From positions 44,646,401-44,710,400 of the forward strand of contig CM120641.1 of NCBI GenBank assembly GCA_051362555.1: DNA of 64,000 bases, given 5' to 3'. This stretch comes from Lingula anatina (lineage: Eukaryota > Animalia > Brachiopoda). Of the stretch, positions 40,089-54,085 are shown piece after piece (position 1 is the first letter of the stretch; the number at the start of each line of letters is the position of its first letter). The position numbers and the translations under genes are program-made. The notes beneath the pieces were generated by a model, which saw only the letters and a list, made by a program, of their open reading frames with translations, searched no databases and was not told the DNA's origin.

Positions 40089-41364
40089 TATAAATTATGG
40101 GAGAGAGAAATAGAGAGAACGAGAGAAAGACAGCCCGAAAATGAGAAAAATAAAGTTAAAACAGATGTGCCCTTACAGTCAAGATTATAAATGTCTGAAA
40201 AGTATTTTTAAACATATTTATAAAATTACAAGATTTTAAGATTGAAGTACTTACCAAATATCGAAAAAGGATACCGAATGAATGGGGACATCTAATATTC
40301 GCAGTGTTTATTCGAAATTACATAGAAACTCGTCAGCAAAAACACTGAAATTGAGGATTAATCAGAAAATCAACATAAACTCTGAATAGGGCTATAGATT
40401 AAGCCGTGCATTGTTTACGTATTAATCAACTCAATATAGCGTACACGAAACTAAGCTTTTATTCCCCAGACAAGTATATCTAAACTAGAGTTTATAGAGA
40501 GCATGTTTGTTTCTATGTAAATCAACTCAGGTGTCATAAAACGATATCCCAGTACTTAATCTTATGCTTTCAATGGAAGGTTGGGAAGAGAGAGATGGCA
40601 GCAGGCACGGGAGTTTAGCTGAGAGAGTAAGGTGTCCCCAAAATTTTGTCAGTCACTGTGTCTTCTTGCCACTAGGCCTGCTTCCTTAAGAGGTGACATT
40701 TCATCTGTCACAACGAAAACCAAACAAATATGTTTCATTTCCACTAATATATTATATACATGTATATATATTTAATAACAAACGATAAATTTTATCTGTT
40801 ATTCTGGCAAGCTTTATTTATGCATATTATCTAAAACCAGTTCCACATTAACATGTATATTTTTTATGAAAAATAACCAGCTAATTTAGCAAATATATAA
40901 TATTATAAAAATAATTAAATGCAAGTATATTAAAATCATTATCCGTCAGACTGCCTGACTTAAGTTCCGAAAAATGAAGATAACACTTAAACCAGTGTCT
41001 CCACCCCCCTCTCTCACGATAAGAAGTATGATGAGGTAAATATGCATATATATATCAAGGGAATCAACTTTTAATAGACTTGATAACACGACGGGCATTC
41101 AACTTAACATCTTTTAAATCAATTTGTTCTAATAACCGCTTTCCCTCTCTTTCGCTTGCTTCTAATATTTCATATTTGTTTTGTAAAGTGCACTGAACAG
41201 AATCGGATTTAAGACTTTAAACAAATATTATCATTTTCATTATATATATTTTACACTGGTGACATATATTTCCACTTATTAATGGATTATTATGTATTTC
41301 TACCAATATTATTGCAAGCTGTTTCATTTCTGCGTGACCGTTATCCCAGAAGTTCTCCGTTGTT

Positions 41365-44300
41365 CTAGAAAATGTCGCAAATCTTGGCAGGGGTCATAGG
41401 CGAGCCGGGACCACATTTGTATGCTTCGGCAAATCCCTGCGTTTGAGAGGCGGGCCCTTGGCCTCTGTAAAATCCCATAGAATCCAAATCAGTTGGTATT
41501 TTTTTTGTGTGTGTGTGCGTGTGTGTGTGTGCGTGTGTAGGGGAGGAAAAGTTTGTGAGACCGTGTGTTAGTGAGCGAGAAAGAAAGAATAAGTGTGTGT
41601 GTGCGTGTGTGTGTGTGTGCGTGTGTTTTTAAATGAGCAAAGATGATTGTGTCTGTGTGACCATACAATACAAGACAAGATTAAACCACAGACCTGAGAC
41701 AAGAACAAAATTTGAACCACACCATACTGGATTTCCATTAGCTTTAGGTTACTTATACTGCGTAGATTTCAGCCTAGAAACCAGCCACGACACCAGGCCA
41801 GGTCGTGAATCTATGGCGGAGAATGTTTTAGAATATAAGGAGTAGCGAATGCTAGTGCTTACCTTACGGCGAGAGGGGCGTGTACGCTGCTCAAAATGCT
41901 CAGCTTTAATCTCTCTAACCTAGTGTGGCCGCACCATAACTGAAATAGTATAAAATCTTACAAAATGTTCAATTCTAATTGTACATTTTTATCAACATTT
42001 AAATCTTCGCAGTTATTTATAGTTTTTTTAACTCAAGTCTGGTTAAACTCACTTCTTCCTACACATGCACGCGCACACAAACCGTAAACTAATCTAAAAT
42101 TACACAGGACTTCAGGCGTTGTTTACTGACGTCATCTTAGTGAACAGCACTCATAATGTCATACGTCTTTGGTAAAATCGAAACGTACTGATCTTGATAA
42201 GCTTAAGCTTTTTTTTTTTTTTTTTTTGTTTATATGAAATAACCATCCGTTTAACATTTTCTCGATCCCATTTCTTTCAAATATTTAGCTCCTTGTTGGT
42301 ATCAGTTGTTATAAAAGCTTATAAACGCGTGTACAACTGCAGCAGAATAGCCTTACCGCTGAGTTTGCTATGAAAAACAGCTCCTCTGGGGTCCTGTTCA
42401 CTCCTGGCAGCATTTTCTCCGGGCCATTTCTGGAGACCCACTTCTTGTAGGCCTGAAACAATACACGATATTCGTAAAATACTGCATTATAAACATTGTA
42501 TATAAATCATCCTGAAGATTTCATTGTCGGTTTTGAACTTACAGGAAAAAGTTTATGGAAGCAAAGACAAGGGTTGACATTTTTCCGAAACAGTATTTTG
42601 AAGTAAGATATACATAATGGTGTGCCACATATTAATGCAGAAACAAATGCTAGTGCAAAAAAAAAAACCTTCTAAACTCCTATTATTTGAAAAAATCCCC
42701 ATGTCTTCACTTACCCCCAGTAATCGAATCAAGTTTTGCTCGCGATATTTGTCACTGCATAATATAATATAATATAATGTAATATAATATAATATAATAT
42801 AAACACGTTATACACTCACCGCATAACCAACACGCAGTCCAACAGTGTCTGCGGTGTTTTCTGTTACAGTCAGTTCCCCATTTACCTATGTGTATGTGTA
42901 TGGACAAAAAACCTGAATAAATGACTGGTTTATACATCATTATGCGATAACCGCTGGTCAGAATTTTAGAAAGCATTAACATTTTTAACTGCTATCCTAG
43001 ACGTTGGGTCTATGGATTACTGATTTTTCTCAGAAGTACTTTAAAACCTAAGTTTTTTCAAGGTAGTCTAGTTTTACTTAGCTTTAGTCAGTACATGTAT
43101 ATAGTAGTACTCGTAAATAAACTATTTTACCTTCTTTGTAAGGAGAAAGATATTACAAAAAAATTAAAAGTGGAGCTCTGCTTGCAGCTTTACCCTGAAT
43201 TGAAGTAGGCCAAGCATTTTGAGTTTGGAATCAAAAACCAACACGGTCATGTAGAAATTGGTTTTGCAGTCAACTGCCACGCATTTTACCTTGAATCCGG
43301 AGACTTCGTACTTGGAAAAATAAGTGGAAAAGCATTCTGTGGCTTCTTCGTAAGCTTTTCGAGATTCATTGGTCCACCAGTTTTGTAATTTACCATCCTT
43401 GTCGTATTGGGAACCTATGAAAAGAAACAAACAACGGTTGAATCGTGACAAATTCAGAAAGAAGCGTTTCTCTTTAGTCTTTGAAAAAGCAATTCTTTTC
43501 AAAATTTTAACAATGAAAATAATACTGCACGATAATAAACACTAACTAACCCAATGACTGGGTCATGAATTAAAAACAAGAATTTCTGTGTAAAATTAGG
43601 TTTATTTTCTACAGCATTAAACATATCGAAACATTTTTTTAAAACTTGTTGGATAGCTCCCTACCTCTTTTATCAAAAGCATGCGTTATTTCATGTCCTA
43701 CAATCATTCCAATGCTAGCATACTTCATTGCTCTGAAAAATGCAATCAGCATAATTGACTTAAAATCTAATAATAATATACAAGACCTCAAGACCAAATA
43801 TTCATCCTATCCTAAAGATCAAAATCTAAATTGTCCACAGTATCAGTATCACTCCTCTTAAATAGAATATTGGGTTTGTTAACACCATCTTTTCACCTTA
43901 AGTTCATTTATGAAAGCGGCCCAAGATACCAAGGATATAACTGAAAGTGTAACAAGCGTTAATAAATTGTTAAATTCGGCAGTTCGGTGGCAATGAGAGG
44001 TAATTACACAGCGATTTGTAATTGGCAGTTCTAGTAAAATTTTGCTGGTACTGAGAATTATGTATTATACATTGACAAGATAGTTTGCAGAGAAATTTGA
44101 ATAGAACTTAAGTGTGGAGCTGGGAAGCCTACCTTGTGAAATAAGGAGCATAAAATGGTGGCTGCAAAATACCGGCAAGGAAAACTGAAAACAAAATAAA
44201 GGGTCTTGATATTTAATTTCTTCGCCTATTTAAGGACTATTTGCGTGGTCTTCGTTGATAAAAGAACGTCTATCAGCAATCATACGGATAAAAGAAAAGG

Positions 44301-46429
44301 AATATATATATGGCGACAGAATCTCACAAATAATAATAATAATAATTTTAGTGCCTACATAAAGTTGCTATTTCGATTTAATATTCGTACATATCACACA
44401 ATTAAGTGAAGAAAAGATGTGCCCGGTTATCCAAAATGTATATCCTCTCATTTTTCAAAAAATACCAGAAGGTCTTAAATAGGGCTCATAGTGTAACCCA
44501 TTCATTGAAATAAGCATGCGGGCTTTTTTGACCGAGCTAATTTTCATTTTCTTGGCCTGGCGAAAAACGTAGGCACAGCACTATAGGCACTGTTAGAAAT
44601 ATTCGTCATGTATAACAATCGCGATACTTTGTGGAACGAAACTCAGGGATGCTGGCTACTTTACCAAGCAGAATGTTACTTTCATACTCGATACAAACCC
44701 ATTTCATTATGCTTTGAGCTATAGTAGGCGTTCACATCAATGGGCTTTAAAAACCATCTGTAAGGATAGGAAAATCACACGATAGAAATACATGTACGCG
44801 TACGTGCATGTGCGACACCACCTACACAACTGATTCGCATTTAGCTACATGTACAAAAGTATTCAAACTTACAAAGAGATGAAAAGACAAATCACCATCT
44901 CTTTATAAATGCCTCAAAATTCTTAAAGGGACAAAAAAAGTTTAAGCAATACGATCTAATAGGCCTATTATAAATACTTGAGTTATCGTTTAAGGCAGCG
45001 TGAGACTCACTTTTCTTTATCGACTGGTTTCTTGAACTCCTCTTGCTGATAAGCACGTGCTCCACGGAAGGCGTCCATTTTATTTTGAAAATGGCAGTCG
45101 GAGCATTTGATTTCATACTGAAAATTGAAAGGGGTTTGGTTAAAAATACATGGACACATAAGAATTATCTTTTAGAGAAATAAAAATTAATTTTTACGCC
45201 ACAGTGTAGAGTCATAGTTGAAAATGCACGTTTCCAATATGGATTTAACAAATATTAACTTAACGTGGGGTACAGCACCCATGTGCTGTGGTGGCCATAG
45301 TTAACCCCACTTATTGTTTAATTTGTAGTATAGATTTAAATATTACATGATAGACATGATAATGAATATATATTCTTAAGTATCAGAATTCTGTAATTCT
45401 GCGATGTTGCGTAAAGTTATCCACTGGTTGCTGGCTTATTCACTTATTGCTTATTATAATATTTGATAACACTTTAATGTCGATAATAAATGGGCCTGTT
45501 TTTCACCAGCTCAATCGAAGAAGTCTCCCTTACTTATAATTTTGCCATAAACCAGCATAAATGTCTTTAAAGATACACAACCTACGTGTCTGTATCTAAG
45601 ATCCATGTGAGTGTCGTTGAGCATGAAATCTGGAAACCCTATCTTTTTGTACTGTATGGCTTCAAGCTGGAATTATGAAAAAATTACTACGCTAATTGTG
45701 CTCAAAGTTACCATATATATATATATTACTTTTAACGAGTGCACTTTTTTTATTGCAACACAGTTAAAATAGAAATGCCATCCAAAACAGAGTGATGACT
45801 TTGTCTTAGAATTGTTGAACTTAAACAACAGTAGACATGGTTCAAACTTCGTATCTTGTCATTTCTAAGAGCCGGACCTCCCCCCCCCCTTTCAAATAGT
45901 CCTGGACCCCCCCCCCCCCCCTTGAGTGGTTATGTAGTAATACTTTATTGAACACTAAATGTTGACAAATAAGACAGCTTAATTATGCGTATAAAAGACT
46001 CAGATATCGCAGAAGCTAATAAAACGACGTGTATTTCGATTCCTAAAGCTTAAAAAAGTCCTCAGAGCAACTTTTCTACAAGTTCACATCAACGGCAATA
46101 TTCATTTTTTGAATTTGACCAACATTTTGAAGCTGTGGCAGTGATTTTATCAATGATGCGAAGTCATGTTCTGTAGTTTTCAAGTCCTACCTTTGCTTTG
46201 GCATTTTTCCTGGTAGGTTCGTCCATGAAGGTCAGTTGGTCAATGCGATCCTCATACACTTTCAAAATATCCTTTATCATGTCTATTATCTGTGATAAAC
46301 AAATGAGATTAATGCTCATAGTTGTATTTAATGTCTGTTTCGGTCAAACATTTCTTACGTCACAACATAAGTTAAAGTATTTGCCAATAAATGCAAAATA
46401 TATATAAACGAACCGGGTTCCATGGGTAT

Positions 46430-46465
<36 letters not shown>

Positions 46466-49400
46466 CAGACATCTTTGAATCTTGAATTTCTTACCTCTTC
46501 CTTGGATTCCTTAGAAAAGTGTTTCCTGATATACAGTGAGGATAACCCATCGCCCATCATATTACCAACGTACGTCACACATTTCTCCCAACGCTCTTTC
46601 GGACCAGCCCCTATTTTGAAAAAAAAAAAAAAAGATTGGTTTTCAATAATATTGTTGTTTTTTTTAATTGTTAAATTCTGGGTGAATTTTAATAATGACT
46701 TTTGATGAATCTTTCCTTGAGTCTAGGAACATATGACTAGCTAAATGTTCGAAGACGAAACACGTGCAATTTTTCGTCAATACCTAAGAGTTTAAACTAC
46801 AAACTACAATAGTCACAAAAGCACATGTTCGTACTAAAAATTACAGAAAAGTGTATTGTCCTAGTGAAAAGACTTTTAAAACATACGCCCATATAAAATA
46901 TAAGAATTACCATAAAATGTTCTCCTGAATTCGTCTCTCGCCTTTTCAAATTCCTTTGACAAAGTTACCGCGTGCTTTTGCACCAAAGCCCAAACGAGGT
47001 ATTGGCTGAGGATGCTGAAAAAAAGTGAAAATCATGCTGTTACAAAGGTTAAAGATCGCAACAGAATTAGCCGAAAATAAACGGTTAGTTTTTTGCCTCT
47101 GTGCTACATAGATCAATTATTCCATTAAGCGGTTTGGCTTTTTTTCTCTTTCAGTTGGATGGAATTCAGGTAACCATTTTATTTGCTGCCAACAAAGTTT
47201 TGATCTGAAGCTAATGTATGGCGATGATTACATAATTTAACACGTATTTGATCTAAACAAAGATGACTTTTGGATAGCAGAGGGTTTCTTTGGCGCGTCC
47301 GTTCCTGCACCGCCGAAATCGAGGAGCGATCGTTTTCGTTTCACTTCGTCAATATCGCATTGGTTGTGCGTGTATACTTTCAAACTTTGCTAAGTAAAAA
47401 TAGCGTCAATGCTTTACTTAAAAAAGAAAAATTTGTTGTCGAACTAGTACTTGTTTTATAGGACGAATAAAATAACCTAAATAAGTACGTATGTTAAGAT
47501 ACTTCATGGTATATTACCACTTCATGGTATAAATGCTCTGATTTTACTGTCAAATCGACTTCATAGGATAAAATGCGACTTCATCTCCATACGTATGACG
47601 GTCAGATAACAGGACATATCTGTTTCCAAAGTTCAAAATGAAATAAGTTCAGACATTTCAGTAATCCATATGTAAGACAGATAATTGATTCCATGCTACT
47701 GAAAGCAAATGGAAACTAAGTGTTTATCATTAATCATAGACTAAATCCATTACTTATATTCAAGTCTCCATCAATAACTACCTTGAATCCGTCCTGTCAA
47801 TCAGTGCTGAAAGTTTCGTCATGTATTCTTTATTGAATACTATAACAGCAGTACGGCGGTCAACCTCCACGTCTATTGTGGCCAGGATCTGGGTCCAGTT
47901 GATCTGCACAACAAAGAATGTATTGGACACGTGTTTGAACACAATATACACAATATACACCCCATCATCAACACATGTATCAACTATGAGCAACAATGGG
48001 CGACATCAACATCATCGAGAAAAATTTAAATGAATAATCGTATAATTAAATTAACAACACAAAAATAAAGGATGTCCGAAATAGTGATAAATAAATATAT
48101 TTGTATGAATGAAAAAAAGATGAATGAATAAAATACAATAAACTGATAAAATAATCAGTAGTGGATAAACAGTGATAACTTATAAATAAATGAAGTAAAT
48201 AAATAAGAATGAAAAACTTACTAACTATGATAAATAAATAAATAGATATATAAATAATTAAATGAATAAACAAATGGTTTTCATAATAAAATTTTCTTGA
48301 GGTTGATATGATACGTGTGTGATATATTCTGAAATAATAATGATACTTTTATCATTTTAAAAGCAGATTGAGTTCACAAATATATGGGAGGAGTCGTAAC
48401 TGATAAGAAGTAACCTACTCACTGAAAATTCCAACAGCATGAAGGCTTTTGGTCTTTAAAAAAGTGGACGATAGTCTTGTCCTAGTTCTGCGAATAACGT
48501 TAATATATGTACATGCATATCGTTACGTCAAACGAGCACTCTATCGGACAGCATTGCATATTCACTTTACGTTTTCATATTTTATGTTTGGCACCGGAGT
48601 TACCTGAGGAAGAAGACTGTGAAGGTCTTCCACAGTAATTTTGTTATATCGAAGACTAGGATCCAAATTTTCTGGGGCATCAGACGGAAACGAAATCTAA
48701 AATTAAAAAAGTTACACCATTCTGAGCACTGACAATAAGAAGTATGGCACATTGAAAAACTTTAAAAATCTGAAAATAAGTTTCAATTCAATATTTACTC
48801 GTTTAACTTAATTTGGAAATAAAAAATGAAAAAGACAAAAAATATTGTTCTTGATGCCATATTGAATCATCTGTAATTTGACACCCCTTATATTTCCATC
48901 CATTTAGTAAACCTTTAACTTAAACATCTTCTCTGTTTTGCCATAGCTCACCCTGAGTTTCAGATGTCATTGGAAACGCCTCTACCAACAGCAGGTGTTC
49001 TAAAAAGGCTTTTCACCTTTAAAACTCGGGGTTCAATATCCATTAAGTTGGCACATGCACATTACTTAAGTGACTCACGTTTGCCAATTCCCTTTCAAAG
49101 TCGAACACCTCGTTGGCAAAATCAGTGGCGTTTTCCTTCGTTGCGCCCAGCAGTTCAGCCAGTGTCGTCATGTAGGTCTTGTAACCCTTTATGAACTTAC
49201 TTTCGGTTTCATTTTCGAAGTAATACTCTCTGTCTCTCATTCCGAGCCTCTTTTGATTGAACTGAAAGTACAAAAATAACCAAAATCGTTCGGTTTTATG
49301 TTTCCGGCTGGAGAGGGAACAACTTGTTCATTTGTCTTCTCTGATCAGGGAAGGACACGATGCAGAAAACCTTCTATGCCTTAATTGGCTCTGGGTCATG

Positions 49401-49817
49401 AAATAAGTCCATTCTCGGTCTGAGGAAGAGAAGAACTGAAAGTTATGTGAAAAAAAATTATTGGATCTGCAAGTAATTACATGAACACTAAAAAAATCCT
49501 GGAAGCTGATAGAATAACAATGGTAAAAACGTGTAGCTTAAAGGGTGCATTTTACAGCACGTGTTCCAAATGACCGCCATTGCGCTGACGCCACGCTTGA
49601 ATTCGACGAGCAAAGTTATCAATCACCTTGACTTACTATTCGTTCGGTATGTCACGTTTCTTGACAGGAGACGTTAGATTTAACCTGCATGTCCATAATT
49701 TTGTGTGATTTAAATGCCTTTTTGTTGTAGGGATAAATGTTAACATATCTAAAGCTGAAACGCTTTCCAGTAATAGACATTTAGTATCAACAATGAGCAA
49801 CATTACACACGAGTGTA

Positions 49818-49860
<43 letters not shown>

Positions 49861-52758
49861 AGTGTGCAACTGAGCATGTTTACTTTATTACAATTCTTAA
49901 TTGTATGTGGTATGTCTCGAAGCTTACCATTATAATATTGACATCTGGTGACTTGTCGTCTGCCTTCATGCTTATTCCAACGAAGGACTGAACGAAATAA
50001 TCGTACAGGAGGGTGGTCACACTGTCCCGTAAACTCCAATTGCTTTGATCCCAAGTACCTTTAAAATAACGACATTCTTCAACTCTCTATTTATGAGCCT
50101 AAACCGTAAATCTACAAATCTCATCAAAGAAGCGGTTTTATGAGAGAGGCAAATTCTATCATTATTGTAACGGCTATAGGTGTATAAAATGGGAAAATGA
50201 TTTGAGAATTACCTATGGTTTTCCAACCACCTGCCTTGCTGATGGCTTCAAGAAGCGGTTTCGCACCGACTCGGTCGATGGCATTAGTGTCCATGCAACT
50301 TAGATAAAGCAACTTAACTTTCCTCTCAAATGATTCGCTAGAATTCCGCTCCGAAGGTTTCTGTAAAATCTCTTTGTTTTTCGACTTGATTTTCTTGTCA
50401 AATAAATTAAAGTTGTTCCAACTGAAAAGATAGCGACTATATTGTGATTATCATGCTAAAGTTAATTGTTTATACCGTAACATATAACAGAACTAACACT
50501 TAGTGCATGTTTTACTTCATTTTCGGAGTCTGTTTGGGTCCTAGCTTCAGCCAATAAAAAGTCGCCTCGAGATGGCTTTTGTTTTACAATTGTCTCGCTA
50601 CTCTGTCCAGGGAGGAAAAAACAAAGATGGTATATGCACGCTATATGCTAATATGCAGGCGCAAATTCAAATTGTAACTATCCTGAAAAGACAAAGATTT
50701 TACTCTCAGTGGTGACAATCAAGGTACGTCAAAACATATTATTGGCCAATCCTTCCTGAGGCGCTCTTATCCTAACATCGAAAAGTTGATATTACGTTGT
50801 CCGCTATTACATGCGATATTAGTAGAAAAAATAATAATAATAAAATCTCAAGATAGGGATGGACCGAATAATGCCGCATAAAACCGCATAATGTATTTTT
50901 CCTCTTGGCTAAGCGGAGTAGAGAGATGTGGTGATATTTTTGTTTCCAACTCCGCCTAACAACATGGGGAGCGGCTGGACCGACAATCCCTTTTCTAAAT
51001 TTGTAATCTTTCGTGAGAATATACATTAAAAATTGACCTTTTACCTGAAATGTCCCTTGAAGTAATTTAAGTTCAAAAATTCAAAATAATAATCAATGTA
51101 ATCGCTTTCTGAAGTGATAACGCTCTTATGGAGGGGAAATTGTTTGATGTCATAATATAATAAATGAATAAAGGATGGTGGTGCTTGTAAAAAGACAGTT
51201 TCAGCAAACCTAGTATTCCGTGGCGGATTTGGGGGGGGGGTCAGGGGAATCCTGACCCCCTTCGATTTCTGAAAAAATTACACAGAATTACCCTAGGTTC
51301 TAGATTCCGGTATTGCCAGCTCGATCTTGATTTCATATATAACCCAAAGCGACTCCACCACAAGGTATATTTAGCAAGCTAGCTTTTACGTTGGTCTGAC
51401 GCTCAGGGTACACAGAATTGGTCCCCTTTTGAAATTTGAAATTCGACTAGCTGAATGATAGTGCTAAACCGTACAAAATGGCACCGTTCGCTCTCTAAAA
51501 TACCAAAAATTATCGGGGCCCTTCAGCGGGCCCTGAACCCCAAGCCAAAGGGGGAGGGGTGGGAGAGTCTGCCCCTCCCCCTCCCTTCAAATAATCCTGG
51601 ATCTGCCCCTGGTATTACCATATTTGCAATGTCAATGTAATGTCTTGGCTATATCAATTCAAAAACTAAACACCGTAAATGTTTTCAGAGCGACATGTTA
51701 AAGGTCAGTAGAGGGCGATAGTGAGTTCTTCATGCTGATTTGTAAAACAGCTATGCATGCAAAATAAGGAAATAAATAGGAAAAAAAATACCATGTGAAA
51801 CGTCAATGTTGCATGTCTTGGCAATATCAATTTAGTATCTATGTGTTTCTAGTGAAGAGTTCAGTTGGGGTCGCTCTTTACACAGCACGTCATTACTACC
51901 CACTACCAGGATCACATATTTTATGATGTACGGTACATTTTAATCTGTGAATATCTGATGAAAAATCAATCTGTGGTTCTGGTAGGGGGCGGGTTATTAC
52001 TGCTGTGTACGTAAAACAAAGGGATGATAAGAATAAAGGAAAGAATTAATGGCACATATAAAACATTTTTTATTTGTAAAACTAGTGCAACTCTCGCATT
52101 TTAGTAAACCACTACTTTCTAATCTTGGCTCAAAATAAATTGTTCACTACGGTACTTCCTTTTCATTTTTCACGTTGCCACATGTACACGTATAAAAGTT
52201 CACGAACAAAGAATGCCGAGACTTCTGCACCCATGTGCGTGTAGTTGTAAAATTCATACTACATCTATGTTAACCAAAATACAATTGAAAAAATAATGAA
52301 ACGTGCAACAAAATTCTCTACACCAACTGGTCTTTATTAAGTATGTAACGCCAAGCCTACCTGCTTTGGGAGTCCGGAATTGGGTTCTTCTTTAACCATC
52401 CATCACACGAAAAACGAAAAAAATCTTCGCAGGGATCGACAGAGACGTTGATGTTTGACAAAATTGCATCCGCAGATTTAATACATTCTTGTGTCATACA
52501 ATAAAGGGACGCGGCTCTGGGTGGCAATGTCGTCTGCGAAGTTAAACTCGAGGGGAATATGTGAACCAAACCGTATACCCCAAGGACCAAAATCAAGACC
52601 AACAAAACTACGGCAACAGCGCAGAAAAAGAGGACAAAACCCAAACATTTCTCTCTCGAAGTCCATCTTCTGCCCTCTTGTTTAGGATCTGTAAGATTGG
52701 TCTTGCTGTTAAAGTCCATTTCCATTTCATTTGCGTTTTCGTGCGGCGATTCCGACAT
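41365..52758 (-). CDS. M13 family zinc metallopeptidase (neprilysin / endothelin-converting enzyme-like), type II membrane, 19 exons
   Basis: Exons 52758-52361, 50421-50213, 50058-49928, 49261-49079, 48696-48604, 47903-47782, 47014-46911, 46610-46495, 46289-46191, 45666-45586, 45117-45011, 44757-44699, 44184-44133, 43732-43665, 43414-43290, 42885-42820, 42452-42357, 41939-41863, 41464-41365. Motifs: DPCEDFFRFSCDGW, VNAYY, GHEITHAFD (HExxH), ENTAD (third Zn ligand), HAP..R. Confidence 0.93.
51218..51611. mobile_element. MITE with imperfect CAGGGGCRGAT-type TIR and 5-bp TSD
   Basis: Starts CCGTGGCGGAT and ends ATCTGCCCCTG, flanked by GTATT on both sides. GC-rich island in intron 1 of the M13 gene. 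Confidence 0.7.
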
Positions 52759-53825
52759 CTTGCGATAATATTCAGCAATACTTTGTTTAGCGTTTGTTGC
52801 TTCAAATCCTTTTGAGATATGCCTTCATAGCAACAGGATTTTTATTTGAAAGATCACAGTCACCACATTTAGGTGAATGTCTTTGTGCACGCGAATTTCG
52901 TTCAAGAAACAAATGTAAAGTGGGGTACTTCATTATAGGCCCTGATAACCGATTATGTACTATATACATTTTTGTATATAGATGGGGTACGCGGTAAGCA
53001 CAACTGGCCTACAAAGCCTACAAGGAAAATGGGTTACTTGATATCAAAAATGTATGTATTATGAGAGAGAGAGAGAGAGATGACAAACAGACTGACAAAT
53101 AGACAAGCATGACCTGATAGGCTTGCAGCCGCAAAAATGAAAGTAAGAAACGAAACGGAAAACTTATACACTGTATTTCCGTTTAAATGACACTTTGAGG
53201 AATAATTGTTTGCTCTTTCTTCAGTAATTTACAACGTCTTGTGAAACCATTGGTACAATTTTATTATCTTAATATCATTTACAAATTAAATTTTTGTACA
53301 GGCAATCTTCGTTTGTGAAAAAAAAACTTTGCTGGCGAGATACCTGTGAATTATTGCCATAATACGACCTCAATGTGTCTTTATATGGTTAAAAACATTT
53401 TACATTTTACATGGTTGTACATAAAACAATGCGATTTGAAAAGAAGCACATACAATTCATAATGGTGAGAAATGGAGATGGATTTCAATCCTCCCCGGCG
53501 AATTTGAATAACTTATGAAAATCATACTAGAATACAGAGTTTACATTAAACAAATAAGGCACAGTCATTACGGAAAAAAACTTGAAAATTTCGTCACTTA
53601 AAAATTAATTAATATTTTCAAATGCATGAATCCGACATGACCACATAAGGTGACAAAACTTTTCAAAATTATCGAGACGGCAGAGAGTAATCTTCGAACA
53701 AAAATTTCAAGACCGACTAAATTTTCTAGTTTCTATTTTTAACAATACTGGTAAAAGGTAAAAGCAAAAACGGAATCAGTACATAGTTCCTCGCCAATGG
53801 AAAACGACGTGGTGTCTTAAATCTT

Positions 53826-54085
53826 GATTGGTAGTGAAGACCATCACTCTGTCAATTTTTGAGACAATGTATGAATAGTCCACTAATACATTAAGCCAAT
53901 CAATTGGCAGTGAAGACGACCAGTTTAGTCAATTTTGAGACAATGTATTAAAAGTACACTAAAGCCATAAAGCCAATCAACTGGTAGTGAAGACGCTCAA
54001 TTCTGTCAAATTAGAGACATTGTTTATATTCATTAAGCCAATCAATTGGCAGTGAAGACGACCAGTTTAGTCAATTTAGAGACGA
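53826..54085 (-). repeat. Tandem ~70-77-bp repeat, ~3.5-4 copies, overlapping the caspase C-terminus and 3' UTR
   Basis: Unit TGG(T/C)AGTGAAGAC...GTCAA(A/T)TT(T/A)GAGAC...AAGCCAATCAA recurs at ~53829, 53905, 53982 and 54047; two copies in the paralog (63281-63395). Confidence 0.85.

Noticed and set aside
42716-42756. Possible extra micro-exon with AG/GTAAG ends in the M13 gene
   Set aside because: It would break the frame between two phase-0 exons and has no M13 similarity.
42452-43290. Apparent loss of the M13 GENIAD exon
   Set aside because: A diverged exon is present at 42885-42820 (VNGELTVTENTADTVG).
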